A stretch of DNA of 64,000 nucleotides, taken from positions 4,384,001 to 4,448,000 of the forward strand of contig OZ244653.1 of NCBI GenBank assembly GCA_965218795.1. Direction: 5' to 3'. The position numbers were made by a program, and so were the translations under genes. Source of the stretch: a bacterium. GTDB taxonomy: Bacteria > UBA8248 > JACPRG01 > G963555815. This document shows, in pieces, positions 40,390 to 50,717 of the stretch (position 1 is the first letter of the stretch; every line of letters starts with the position of its first letter). The notes below the pieces were generated by a model. It saw nothing but the letters and a program-made list of their open reading frames with translations. It was not told the origin of the DNA and ran no database searches.

Positions 40390-41156
40390 GAAAGCGCCTT
40401 TCCCGCGCCCGGCTTTTCATTCACGGCGAGGGGGGATTCATCCTCCACCACCGTTCCATCGCGGAGGTGTATGGTCCGGTCAGCCTGGGCGGCGACTTCC
40501 GCGCTGTGAGTCGCCAGCAGGACCGTCAGGGCGCTGTCTTTCGTGAGGGATCGGATGTAGGTCATCAGCTCGTCGCCCGTTTGGGTATCCAGGTTGCCGG
40601 TGGGCTCGTCCGCCAGCAGCAGTTTGGGTTCGTGGACGACGGCTCGCGCCAGGGCGACCCTCTGCAACTCCCCGCCCGAAAGCTCTGATGGCAGATGATC
40701 CGCCCGGTGGGTCATTTTGGCGCGCTCCAGCATCTGGCGGGCCTTTCGCGCGGCCTCAGCCGATGGATCACCCTTCAGGATGAGCGGAAGGATCACATTT
40801 TCATGGGCGGTGAGGGTGGGGAGAAGATGAAAGAATTGATAGATGACGCCGAGGTCCTCTCGACGGGTGCGGATCAGCGCGGTCTCGGTCGCGGAGGAGA
40901 TGCAGGCGTCCCCAATATGGATCTCGCCGCTCGTCGGCCGATCGATCCCCGCCACCAGGTTCAGAAGCGTGCTCTTTCCGCAGCCGCTGGGCCCCATCAG
41001 TGCGGCGAATTCACCTTGGGTGACTGAAACCGTGATATTCCGGAGGACCTGAATGCTGAGGGGAGAATCCTCCCGGCTCCCTGCATGGCGCGGAATCCCG
41101 TAGTCCTTTGAGACCCGGTCCAGACGGAGCCATTCTGTCGAATTCCTTCTGTTCAC
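40386..41156 (-). CDS. ABC ATP-binding protein (LolD/AttE-like)
   Basis: GPSGCGKS, LSGGE, ADEPTGNLD. Confidence 0.92.
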   Translation of the reverse strand: MNRRNSTEWLRLDRVSKDYGIPRHAGSREDSPLSIQVLRNITVSVTQGEFAALMGPSGCGKSTLLNLVAGIDRPTSGEIHIGDACISSATETALIRTRREDLGVIYQFFHLLPTLTAHENVILPLILKGDPSAEAARKARQMLERAKMTHRADHLPSELSGGELQRVALARAVVHEPKLLLADEPTGNLDTQTGDELMTYIRSLTKDSALTVLLATHSAEVAAQADRTIHLRDGTVVEDESPLAVNEKPGAGKALS

Positions 41157-41285
41157 CGGTCTCTCCGGCAGAGGCCCAAGCCCGGGTCCGCATCGGGATC
41201 TACGGAAGAAGATGCCTGTTGAGGGTATTTGGGGGAAAGATGCGGGGTCGGCAAGCCCCGATGCCGATCCAGATTCACCAAGGGA

Positions 41286-42317
41286 TCAGGGTTCATTGAT
41301 TCGATCGATGAGCCGGCGTAATCGTCCGTATTGGACCCGCTCGAAGTAGAGCGCCACGCGATCCAAGTGGGCGATGTGCGGCTCATTGCTTTCATCGGAA
41401 AGCGGTCCGGTTTCTTCAATCCGGCCCTTTTGCAGAATATCGGCGAATTCCTGATTGATTTCCTCCAGCCTGCCTTCGGGCAGCGGCTGGCTGAGGCGTA
41501 GAATGAGGCGGTCGCGGACAAATCGAAGCGAGTGATAGCGATGGTAGAATCTCCGGATTTCCTCCATCGCCGCCTCCGCTTGATTCGTGACCTTGAAGAG
41601 GCACAAATCCTCTCGGCTGACTTTGCCCGTCTCGATCAGGTGCTTGTGAAAATAATCTTCCCAGTCTTTCCAGTAACCGCCCTGGGGCGAGTCGATGAAA
41701 ACGATGGGAAGCGGATCGCTCTTGCCCGTCTGAACCAGCGTCAGAATTTCAAATCCTTCATCCTGCGTGCCGACCCCTCCGGGAAAGAGAGCCACCGCAT
41801 CCGCTTCTTTCACGAACAGGAGCTTCCGGGTAAAGAAATATCGCAGGTGGATGAGCTTCGGGTCCCCGTGAACGAACCGGTTGGCGCTCTGCTCAAACGG
41901 CAGAAGAATGTTCACCCCGAAACTCATCTCTTTTCCCGCACCCTCGTTGGCCGCCTCCATGATACCGGGACCGGCCCCCGTGATGACCATGAATCCCTCT
42001 TCCGTCATCCGGCGGGCAAATTCCCGGGCTTGCAGATACTCGGGCGAATCGACCGGAGTTCTCGCCGACCCGAATATGCTGACTTTTCGGATCATTCGGT
42101 AAGGGGCGAAGACCTTGAAGGCGTAGCGGAGTTCCTTGAGGGAAGCATTCAGGATCTTGAGATCGCCGCGGCTGGACCCGTCGCGCGCCATCTTCAGGGC
42201 GGTGCGAATGATTTCCTCGATGAGGTCGGCGTTGGCCGTGTTGCCGGATGACTGGATGAGCCGGTCGATGAGATCGTCGCCCGATTCGGCATGAAGCGTG
42301 TCGGGTGGGGTGTCCAT
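41286..42317 (-). CDS. LOG-family protein (TIGR00730-like, long form)
   Basis: FGSART, TGAGPGIMEA, FFTRK, PGGVGT. Confidence 0.9.
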   Translation of the reverse strand: MDTPPDTLHAESGDDLIDRLIQSSGNTANADLIEEIIRTALKMARDGSSRGDLKILNASLKELRYAFKVFAPYRMIRKVSIFGSARTPVDSPEYLQAREFARRMTEEGFMVITGAGPGIMEAANEGAGKEMSFGVNILLPFEQSANRFVHGDPKLIHLRYFFTRKLLFVKEADAVALFPGGVGTQDEGFEILTLVQTGKSDPLPIVFIDSPQGGYWKDWEDYFHKHLIETGKVSREDLCLFKVTNQAEAAMEEIRRFYHRYHSLRFVRDRLILRLSQPLPEGRLEEINQEFADILQKGRIEETGPLSDESNEPHIAHLDRVALYFERVQYGRLRRLIDRINEP

Positions 42318-42359
42318 AATGGGGGGATTTTTTCTTCAAGCAGGCGCAGACAGGCCGCC

Positions 42360-42896
42360 TCAGGGGTTGGCCGAGGGAGGGGCGGCGCTGGAAGAATGAC
42401 CGTCGGAGACGCCATCCGGGGGCTGAATCTCGGCCGGTTCCACCGACACGATCTCGAACTCTTTCAGCCCGCCCGGCAGATTGATTTTCACCTCATCTCC
42501 CTCTTCCCTTCCGATGAGACCCTTCGCCAGCGGAGATTTGTAGGAGATGATCCCGCCCGAGGGGTCGGACTCGTCCTCCCCCAGGATGGTCCACTTGACC
42601 TCTTGTTCTTCCAGATTGTCGTACACCGTGACAGCCGTTCCAATCGAAACCCGGCTGGCGTCAATCTCCAGATCGTCAATGATCTGGGTCTGGTTGAGCT
42701 TTTCCCGAAGCTTCTGGGCTTCCAGCGTGAGGAGCTGCTGCTTCTCCCGCGCGGCATCGAGCTCGGCATTTTCCGAGAAATCCCCAAAACTGGCCGCCCT
42801 TTTAATCTCATCGGCCATGTCGATCCGAACCTGCTTTTCAATTTGCTCCAGCCGCTCGCGAAGCCGCAGCCAGTTTCTTCGGGTTACGTAAAACAT
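42360..42896 (-). CDS. greA: transcription elongation factor GreA
   Basis: GDFSENAE, ISYKSPLAKGLIG. Confidence 0.88.
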   Translation of the reverse strand: MFYVTRRNWLRLRERLEQIEKQVRIDMADEIKRAASFGDFSENAELDAAREKQQLLTLEAQKLREKLNQTQIIDDLEIDASRVSIGTAVTVYDNLEEQEVKWTILGEDESDPSGGIISYKSPLAKGLIGREEGDEVKINLPGGLKEFEIVSVEPAEIQPPDGVSDGHSSSAAPPSANP

Positions 42897-43079
42897 CCAG
42901 GCGGTCCCTCATCGAAGCGACCAGAATGACCGAAACGACGGACAATAAGTATCCGGATTCATTTCAATATCAAAGACCTATATAGGCGATCAATGCCCCC
43001 CTGACCAACGCATTTCATGGATCCAACATCCCTTCCGGATTCGATGGAGGATCAGGATGCAGGCAGCATGCCCGCGATA

Positions 43080-43397
43080 TCAATTGGATAGCGAATGGAT
43101 GCGCTCCTGAATCTGGTTCGCGACGTGAAGATCTCCCTGTCCCTTCGCCACATCGAAGCCCTGCGTGTAGATATCCTTCGCTTCGCCGGATTCTTCCGTC
43201 GCTTCCAAACACTGCCCCAAGAGGTGATAGCATACCGAATAGTCCGGCTTGACCCGAAGCGCTTCTCGAAGGTGAGGGATGGCTTCGGCCTGACGATCTG
43301 CATCCACAAGCAGTTGGGCCAAGCCGTACAGGACCATGGGGTCCTCGGGGTCCATCGCCAGGACCTCTTCAAATTGCTGAATCCGTTCCTCACTCAT
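43080..43397 (-). CDS. TPR protein
   Basis: DPEDPMVLYGLA, PDYS.CY..LG. Confidence 0.85.
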   Translation of the reverse strand: MSEERIQQFEEVLAMDPEDPMVLYGLAQLLVDADRQAEAIPHLREALRVKPDYSVCYHLLGQCLEATEESGEAKDIYTQGFDVAKGQGDLHVANQIQERIHSLSN

Positions 43398-43817
43398 GGT
43401 CCATCCACAGGCCCTCCTTGTTCCGTCAGAGCTTGAGATTTTCGAGTGTAGCGGGTTTCACGTCAAGCTCGGAATGCGGTCTCTGTGTGATGGGCAGGCG
43501 TTCTTGCAAGATCAAGTGCTCCGGACGGATGGGAGTCCGGGTCGCCGTTCGTACGCGACGGGCCGGATTTGGCTGTCTCGCCGGGGAGGGCTTGCTGCGG
43601 CAAAGGCGCGCGAGCCGTTTATCGATCCCGGCATCGGAGCGGGGAATCGGTCCTTGAGGATTCCCTCGAATGAGAAAGCAAAGGGAACGATACGCTTGAC
43701 GAGCCGGGGGTATTATTCTCACGGAGATTCCCGTGGACCCGTACCTCGCCTCGAGATCGTCAGGCGCCGCGTCAGTCCATTTCTCCCTCGAAATGGATTC
43801 CCGCTCAGGTCGGGGAG

Positions 43818-43970
43818 TGGATTCCTGCTTGCGCAGGAATGACAACCAGAACCATGCCGGTCCCCCAGCGAGCCCGCCCCCCGATAGGAGCACTCGTGGG
43901 CAGGCCCCGCGGCAATGACAGGCTGTTGTGTGCGGGCCTCGTCTGTCATTCCTGCGCAAGCAGGAACCCA
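43818..43970. repeat. inverted pair of REP-like palindromes (REPIN-like)
   Basis: TGGATTCCTGCTTGCGCAGGAATGACA ... TGTCATTCCTGCGCAAGCAGGAACCCA. Confidence 0.8.
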
Positions 43971-44162
43971 GAAAAAAAGGTCTAGCTCGTCAAGCGTATC
44001 ATCCCCAAAGCAAGCATTGCCGCCGGCTTCGACCGGATTGGATCCGACGTATCCTCCGTGAAAAAGTCCAACTGTACGCTGAGATTGAGTGTCATGTCTT
44101 GAAAGCCCGCTCTGAATCCGAGCCGGCGGAACCCGCTCCAGCGATCATTGCGTCCAGCCCCA

Positions 44163-44888
44163 TCATTCGTATTCCGGTCTGGCGACGAGACTGATGCGGT
44201 AGGGGAAGAACCGGAACAGCTCCCAACGGGCGAAGCCCGCCTCCTGAACGATTTCCTCCAATTCTTCGGCCCGAAACCCTCTTTGAACCGACAGGGGAGC
44301 ATCGTAACGGGTCATGGGGTTTCGCGTGGCCAGCCTCGTGAGAAAGTAAATCGCCGCGTAGGAAAGTCTCGCGCGGCGCAAATCATTGATGATCACGGCC
44401 TTTCGGGCGCAAGCCCGAAATCCGCGAAGAAGCGCGACGACTGTCGTCCGGTTGAAATGATGAAGGAAGAGGGAGGCAATCACGTAATCCACCCCTCCCG
44501 GCCCGGCTGGAAGCCGAAGGGCGTCGGCTTGGGCAAACCCCAGATTGGCCGGCCGCTCTCCCGCATCCTGTGCAATCCGGAGCGCCTCGGCCCGGATATC
44601 GACGGCCCAGATGCGGATTGGACGACGGGAATCCCGGGCCCAGACGGCCAGCGTCCGGGGAAGATCGCCCGCGCCGGTCCCGACATCGATGAGGGTGACG
44701 GGCGAATTCGGATCGGGGAAATCGGCTTCCGCCACGGCGGTGAACGCGCGCATCAGCGCCGCGGCGCCGCCGAGGAACCGGTTGATCCGAACGATGTCCT
44801 GCAGGTTCCCTGCGAGATGCTCCAGCGGGAGGGTGTCCGCATCCAACAGTTCCGGGGCTTCGCTTCTGGGAAAGGCATGGAAGGTCAT
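44163..44888 (-). CDS. class I SAM-dependent methyltransferase
   Basis: IDVGTGAGD, SLFLHHF, INDLRR. Confidence 0.9.
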   Translation of the reverse strand: MTFHAFPRSEAPELLDADTLPLEHLAGNLQDIVRINRFLGGAAALMRAFTAVAEADFPDPNSPVTLIDVGTGAGDLPRTLAVWARDSRRPIRIWAVDIRAEALRIAQDAGERPANLGFAQADALRLPAGPGGVDYVIASLFLHHFNRTTVVALLRGFRACARKAVIINDLRRARLSYAAIYFLTRLATRNPMTRYDAPLSVQRGFRAEELEEIVQEAGFARWELFRFFPYRISLVARPEYE

Positions 44889-45433
44889 GGGTCTGCGGTT
44901 CTCCGGAATCGAAGGGTTGAGCCTATTGAGGGAGAACCGGGCGGCGCGGGGATGATTTCCCGGGATTTTTCAGATGGAAGGTCCCGGATTTCCATGAAAT
45001 TCACTACCATCCATGGGCCGTTGGATGATCGATGTCGCTTTCCAACGGTAATCAGCGTTTGCAGACCCATGCGGATCGCAGAATTGAATATCGTGAGCCT
45101 GAATCGGTACACTTTGTCACCGTTCACCCGATCCCGAACCTCCAGCACATCTGCTTCCACCTTTCGATTTCTTCCGACCCCCGGCGAAGTCTGTTCAACG
45201 GACCGGCCTTCCCCCCGGTCTTTCCGCAATTTCATTTGTCGGTCGATCTTTTCTCGGGCCAGACCGACGGCGGTCCGCCGTGCGGCTACAAGGTCCGCCC
45301 GAATGTAATAGGCCTCGATGAATGTCCGTACCGCCTTTTCAGCTTCAGGGGTAGAGTCACTGCACCCGAAAAAGAGCCAAACCGATAGCCCTGCGGTCAT
45401 GATCCGGGCAAAATCAGGGAGTGGTCGAAACAT
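44885..45433 (-). CDS. putative lipoprotein
   Basis: LFFGC lipobox-like motif; lies within the operon. Confidence 0.6.
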   Translation of the reverse strand: MFRPLPDFARIMTAGLSVWLFFGCSDSTPEAEKAVRTFIEAYYIRADLVAARRTAVGLAREKIDRQMKLRKDRGEGRSVEQTSPGVGRNRKVEADVLEVRDRVNGDKVYRFRLTIFNSAIRMGLQTLITVGKRHRSSNGPWMVVNFMEIRDLPSEKSREIIPAPPGSPSIGSTLRFRRTADP

Positions 45434-46433
45434 GCTCCTGATCCTTGTCATCGAGGACTCGCCGCAACGTGGCCGCGTCGATGTTTCCGCCCGAAAGAAC
45501 GAGAACGACCCGCCGGCCGGCCAAATCCCGTTTCATCTTGGAGGCGGCCGCCAGGGGCGCGGCGCCCGCGCCCTCGGCGAGATTATGGGATTCTCGAAGC
45601 AATAACCGGATGGCGCCACGGATCTCATCCTCTGAAACGAGAACCATATCTTCGACGAGCGTCCTGAGAATTTCGAGCGTTACCTCTGCCGGGGCGCGCG
45701 TTGCCAGACCGTCCGCAATCGTATGGGCGGTTTCCGTCGTCACGGTTCGACCGTCCTTCCAGGATCGATAGACCGACGGAGCCTTTTCGGCCTGGACGCC
45801 GATGACGCGGGTATTCGGGCTCAGGCGGTCTCCGACGATTGCAGTGCCGGAGGCTCCGCTTCCCAGCCCAATCGAAACGAAGACGGCATCCACGTCGTCC
45901 ACGTCTTCAAAGATTTCGATGGCATATGTCCCTACGCCCCGAATCAGGTCCGCTGTGTTTCCGGCGTGGATGAGCGTGAGATTCCGTTTTTCCGTCAGCT
46001 CCGCCGCTTTATGCGTCGCCTCATCATAATCCTGACCGTGAATCACCAACTCGGCCCCGAGGTTTTTCATCCCCGCGTTCTTTTCCGGATTATTGCCTTC
46101 GGGAATACAGATGACGGAGGGCGCTCCGAAAAGCCGAGCGGCGTACGCGATCGAAAGACCGTGATTTCCCCGTGTGGCGCAGATCACTCCCCGGCGTCGC
46201 GCCTCCTCTGGCAGACGATGAAGATGATAGATTCCGCCCCGGACTTTAAATGCGCCGACGGGAAGATGATTCTCGTGCTTGATATAGACCTCGAAGCCCA
46301 GAATCTTCGAGAGGCCGGGGCAGAAGTAGGTCGGCGTTCGGGGAAGGTACCGGTACACCACGTCCCGGGCCTCCGCGATTTCCTCGAACGTGACAGGCAG
46401 GGATGAAATGAGAACAGCCTCCTTGGTTTCCAA
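45414..46433 (-). CDS. threonine/serine dehydratase (PLP)
   Basis: KHEN..VGAFKVRG, TRGNHG, SGGN. Confidence 0.92.
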   Translation of the reverse strand: METKEAVLISSLPVTFEEIAEARDVVYRYLPRTPTYFCPGLSKILGFEVYIKHENHLPVGAFKVRGGIYHLHRLPEEARRRGVICATRGNHGLSIAYAARLFGAPSVICIPEGNNPEKNAGMKNLGAELVIHGQDYDEATHKAAELTEKRNLTLIHAGNTADLIRGVGTYAIEIFEDVDDVDAVFVSIGLGSGASGTAIVGDRLSPNTRVIGVQAEKAPSVYRSWKDGRTVTTETAHTIADGLATRAPAEVTLEILRTLVEDMVLVSEDEIRGAIRLLLRESHNLAEGAGAAPLAAASKMKRDLAGRRVVLVLSGGNIDAATLRRVLDDKDQEHVSTTP

Positions 46434-46675
46434 TCATTCGGATTTCCGGATCTGACCGACCCATTGGGATTCGAGTCATTATCTGTTCGAATTTCGAAAA
46501 GGTTCAAGGGGCTTGCGGCAAATCCTTCAGTCCGATTGAATTCGAGGAATCCCGAAGAAGCCTTGTTGCAGCATCGTAGAATCGCTACAATTCACTTCTG
46601 TTTTCCATAACCGCGTTTGAAATCGAAACCTTGGTTCGAATGGCTCCTGCAAGCGCCGTTCGGCGGAGAACCCGT

Positions 46676-47188
46676 GTGAGCAATGGAGAGACGCACCGTC
46701 CGAGTGAGCTGCTCGTCACTTTGAAGGAGCAGGGATTCCGGGTCGCCGTATCCGTTCCGGACAGTTGGTTGGGACAACTCCTCGTGGAAATCGAAAACGA
46801 TCCGGACATGACGCTCATTCGGGCCACCCATGAAGAAGAGGCCCTCGCCATTGCCTGCGGCTCGAGACTGGGTGGAGTCCGGACGGTCATGCTGATCCAG
46901 AACGTCGGCCTGACGACGATGGGGGCGGGAATGGTTTCCCTGGCCCAGCGCTGTCAGTTCCCGTTATTGATCCTGGCATCCTTCCGGGGCTCTCCGGATG
47001 ATCCGGTCTACTATCACATTCCCAAGGGACGGGTGACCGAACCCGTACTTCAGGCGATGGGGCTCCGGTACGCCCGGGTGAATGGCGCCGAGCCGATCGG
47101 GCCGCAGGTGGAAAAGGCTGCGGCCAATGCGGAGGAATCGTCGCAGCCGTTCGTTTTACTCACCTCTCAGAAGGACACCCGCTGGTGA
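46676..47188 (+). CDS. sulfopyruvate/phosphonopyruvate decarboxylase alpha-like subunit
   Basis: SVPDSWL, THEEEALAIACG, IQNVG. Confidence 0.8.
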   Translation: MSNGETHRPSELLVTLKEQGFRVAVSVPDSWLGQLLVEIENDPDMTLIRATHEEEALAIACGSRLGGVRTVMLIQNVGLTTMGAGMVSLAQRCQFPLLILASFRGSPDDPVYYHIPKGRVTEPVLQAMGLRYARVNGAEPIGPQVEKAAANAEESSQPFVLLTSQKDTRW

Positions 47189-47814
47189 ACCCGACGCTTC
47201 CCACGCGCGAGGATTATTACGGCGCCTTGGCGGATTGCCTTCCGGACGACGCTCTGGTCGTCACCTCGCTGGGGAATGCGTCCTATCTCTGGGCCTGTGT
47301 CCGCGACCGCCCGGAGAATTTTTATGTCGAGGACGCGATGGGGCTGGCGCTGCCTCTCGCATTGGGGCTGGCCGTTGCCCAGCCAGGGCGAAAGGTGGTG
47401 GGCGTGGAGGGCGACGGCGGACTCGTGATGCACCTGGGGGCTCTCGTGACGCTTGGGGCCGTCCAGCCCGAAAACCTCACGGTCCTGCTCATGCAGAACC
47501 GTGTTCATGCGGCGTCGGGCGGACAACCGGTGACCAACCCGAAATTGGACCTGGCCGATCTTGCGCGGTCGGCGGGACTGACCCGGACCGAAAACGTTGG
47601 CACGGCGGAGGAGTTCCGGAAGGCGTTCGAGTCGGCGTTTTCAGGCGACGGCTCATCGCTGTTGGCGCTCCAGGTGGAACCGGACGTCCCCGTGGTGGAA
47701 CCCCCTTTCCCCTTGAACCCGGTCGTCATCAAGCAGCGATTCATGGAGGCGATTGGGGCGCCCCGTTATGTTCCTTTGACGTTTGGGAAAGGCCGGTTGG
47801 TGGAGCCTGAATAG
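47185..47814 (+). CDS. TPP-binding decarboxylase beta-like subunit (ComE-like)
   Basis: MGLALPLALG, EGDGGLVM...N, SGGQP. Confidence 0.8.
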   Translation: MNPTLPTREDYYGALADCLPDDALVVTSLGNASYLWACVRDRPENFYVEDAMGLALPLALGLAVAQPGRKVVGVEGDGGLVMHLGALVTLGAVQPENLTVLLMQNRVHAASGGQPVTNPKLDLADLARSAGLTRTENVGTAEEFRKAFESAFSGDGSSLLALQVEPDVPVVEPPFPLNPVVIKQRFMEAIGAPRYVPLTFGKGRLVEPE

Positions 47815-47864
47815 GCATCGGTTGATGGATCAGCGTCCCGAGGACGCCTTGACGAGACGGTCGC

Positions 47865-48605
47865 TCAGGCGACCAAAGGCTTGAAATCTTCGCCGGTCAT
47901 GGGTTCGTGTTTATTCCAGAGGCCGCGCATCTCGATCAGAACGCGCTGCTTCGACGGCGCGGGCTGGGGATTCAGCCGCACGACACGCGCCGAATATTCG
48001 GGGGATTCGGTCATGGCCGCCACCAGATCCGCCACGAGATAGCGCGGCGTCCAGCCGATCATGTGGTAGTCCGTGGTCTGGATCTGCACCGCCAGCCGGG
48101 TCGCCGGATTGGTCAGTTCCAGCGTGACGTACAGTTCTTCTTCCGGCTCCAGGCGGTCGATTCGCCCTTGAGCGGATTCATTCACGTGCCGCCAGCCGTG
48201 CAGAAAGAAGCGGCAGGCGAAGCGCCCGTCAACGTCCTTCACCAGCTTCGGGAACACCTCGTAAGCGTCCGTCACGCGCGTGCCGCCGCTGACCGACAGG
48301 ATCTCGAAGGGGTCGGCGTTCTCCAGGAGACCAAGGTTGCGCAGATGGTCTGGACGGTCCGGCCTCGACCGGTTCATCACCCGGTTCTGGAACAGGGGAA
48401 ACAGATCCGGGGACCTGTAATCCTCCAATAGCTGGGGGAAATCCCACAACAGCGGAAACCCCGCCTCCTCTTCTGCACGTTTCGTGCCGCGGATGTAGCG
48501 GAAGCGATAGAGCGATGGTTCGATGTCCAGCCGACCCACCGGAAACCACTGGCGACTCTCCTCTCTTTCATCCTGCCACGCCAGGAACAGGGTTCCCGTG
48601 CTCAT
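47865..48605 (-). CDS. HIRAN-domain protein with a HipA-N-like N-terminus
   Basis: LFLAWQD, WFPVGRL, LFPLFQNR, NPAT..AV..IGWTPRYL. Confidence 0.8.
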   Translation of the reverse strand: MSTGTLFLAWQDEREESRQWFPVGRLDIEPSLYRFRYIRGTKRAEEEAGFPLLWDFPQLLEDYRSPDLFPLFQNRVMNRSRPDRPDHLRNLGLLENADPFEILSVSGGTRVTDAYEVFPKLVKDVDGRFACRFFLHGWRHVNESAQGRIDRLEPEEELYVTLELTNPATRLAVQIQTTDYHMIGWTPRYLVADLVAAMTESPEYSARVVRLNPQPAPSKQRVLIEMRGLWNKHEPMTGEDFKPLVA

Positions 48606-49514
48606 CGGATAATCTCCTGTAATTGTTCAAAATTATAGCGCATCAATGCAACCGAGAACTCCCGAGCTGAGGGTGTCATCCAATCATCGGGCACGCGGTT
48701 CACAAGATCGCTTATGGAATTTTCGTCCAGTTTTTCGATCTTCGTCAACGCCGGATGGAAAAAGTCAGGATAGGTGCAAGCCGCCCTTCGCACCAGTTCC
48801 AGCGGGCCGGGGCCGTGCCGTTCGTCCTTTGACCAGTAAATCGCACCGTGTCCTTTTTCTGCATAGTTCCCTACGCGATTCTCTGCCAGTAATCTATCAC
48901 GGCGTTCATCCAGGAGTTCCCGTCCCAACGAGGATGGCGTGATCGAACGACGGCGCCACAAGACCCTCCCAGCGACTACCAACACGTCTCCGGAGCAGGC
49001 CCCAATTCTCGTGGTGGCGATCCGTATTGCCGATCAATGCATCCAGAACGGTGTACTCAACGATGGCGAGCTTCGCTCGTCTTGCAGCTTCAGGCTCCAT
49101 AAAAACATGATCCATTGCTTGCCAGATATTTGTCAGAGTATGACTCGACTGATGAAACTTTCTTTTGGGATTGTAACCGTAAACGGTCCCTGCCAACACT
49201 TGGTTACCGTGTTGAAGTTCCCGGCCTCCTCGGGCGAACGATTCGGTCACGGACCCTCGTTCACCCTGGAACGTTGCCAGTTCTACCTTTGCATGTCTAA
49301 TCCTGAGCGCAGATGCCACTTCCTTAGCAATCTTCTCCGCCCAGTGCTGTCCCGTGTTTGCCTGGGGATACTTGAAAAGCCAGTCCGTCTCGTGCTCCGG
49401 CCCGCGGCGATACCAGAACTTCTTCTTGCTGCCCATGTCCTCCGGCTCAAGCACCCATTCCGGCTGAACTTCAAGGATTGGGTATGGGTCAGACACGGCG
49501 ATAACTTCGCACAA
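48602..49514 (-). pseudogene. HipA-like kinase, +1 frameshift near 48935
   Basis: MGSKKKFW, LFK, WAEK, DALIGNTDRHHENWG, APSFDHA/SSLGRE. Confidence 0.85.
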
Positions 49515-49627
49515 TCAACTTCATACGGTTACGGCTCCCCGTTCATGAAGGACCGCCCGAAATCCTCGGCCGCGGTCTGTCGAACGAGGGTGTCTTCGGT
49601 GTAAGGGTTCAAGGTCATCCGCGCCAC

Positions 49628-50008
49628 TCAGGCCGTCATCGTGCGGACGCCATAGCGCGGGATGCGGTCATCTCTGGTGACGAGGACAAGGCCCTCGACC
49701 TGGGCTTGCGCGACCAGCATCCGATCGAATGGATCCCGGTGGTGCATCGGGAGAACGCCGGCCTGCTCCGCGTGAAAGAAGGTCAGCGGCAGATGAGTGA
49801 AGCCCTTTTCTTCGACCATGGCTGTCAGATTGTCCGGGGCGGTCATGCGCCCCCTCGCCCGCTTGACCGCGATCTCCCATCCGGTAATGGCGCTCACGAA
49901 GATATCGTTGCGCGGGTCGGCGATCGCGGATCGAGCGCCTTCGGCCAGTTCCGAAACATCGGACAGCCACCATACGAAAGCGTGGGTGTCCAGCAGCAGA
50001 CGGGGCAT
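49628..50008 (-). CDS. vapC: VapC PIN toxin
   Basis: LLDTH, HRDPFDRML. Confidence 0.92.
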   Translation of the reverse strand: MPRLLLDTHAFVWWLSDVSELAEGARSAIADPRNDIFVSAITGWEIAVKRARGRMTAPDNLTAMVEEKGFTHLPLTFFHAEQAGVLPMHHRDPFDRMLVAQAQVEGLVLVTRDDRIPRYGVRTMTA

Positions 50009-50262
50009 TATCCATCTTCTTCCGGGAAAATCTTCGATGCCTCGATCGCCTCGATGATCTCCTCATCGTCCTCGTCGAAATCCGGCGACATCCAGATTCG
50101 TCCTTCCAGCCCGCCCGGCTTTCGCTCTTCCATGCGCCCGCGATACGGCTCCAGCCGCAGATACGGCTCGCCGGCCCTGGCGATCACGATCTCCTCGCCC
50201 TCCCAGGCCAGCTTTCCCAGCTTCGAAAGCTGCGACTTCGCTTCGTGCATGTTCACTTTCAT
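50008..50262 (-). CDS. Phd/YefM-type antitoxin
   Basis: VNMHEAKSQLSKL, GEEIVIARAG. Confidence 0.9.
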   Translation of the reverse strand: MKVNMHEAKSQLSKLGKLAWEGEEIVIARAGEPYLRLEPYRGRMEERKPGGLEGRIWMSPDFDEDDEEIIEAIEASKIFPEEDG

Positions 50263-50717
50263 TGGATTCTTCCTGATAGCTAAGTTGGACTAAGTCTAGA
50301 AAAGTATCCGAGCGCTGTCAAGGCGAGGGCACGAAAACCCGCGTTCGGCTTGCACCCGCTGCAGGCAACGATTTTTCCGAGGGTTTTTTGCCCGGAAGAA
50401 TGAGAGGTTTCAAGGCGGATAATCGGGGTTGAAACGGGCCGGAAATCGCCGCGAAGGGGTCGGACCTTCCCCGCGTTTCGGCGGTCAGGCGCTTGTGCTG
50501 GTTGCCGCTCCCGTGGCAAACGTACGCGACGCCGGAACCGCCCCCCCCCCCCCGACTCCTTGAGGAGTTCGAGGACAATCGCCTGATCGACGATGCCCTC
50601 CACGGCGAATGAGACGGGATGGCCCGCGCGATTCCCCATGAGCGCTTCAGGAACCGAAGTCGAACAGGTCGGCTTGTTCGGGGGCGGCCTTCGGTAAGAG
50701 GGTGTCTTCGGTGCAAC

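Noticed and set aside
49586-50713. 16-bp direct repeat considered as a CRISPR repeat or TSD
   Set aside because: Only two copies 1.1 kb apart and no cas genes; better explained as a coding remnant
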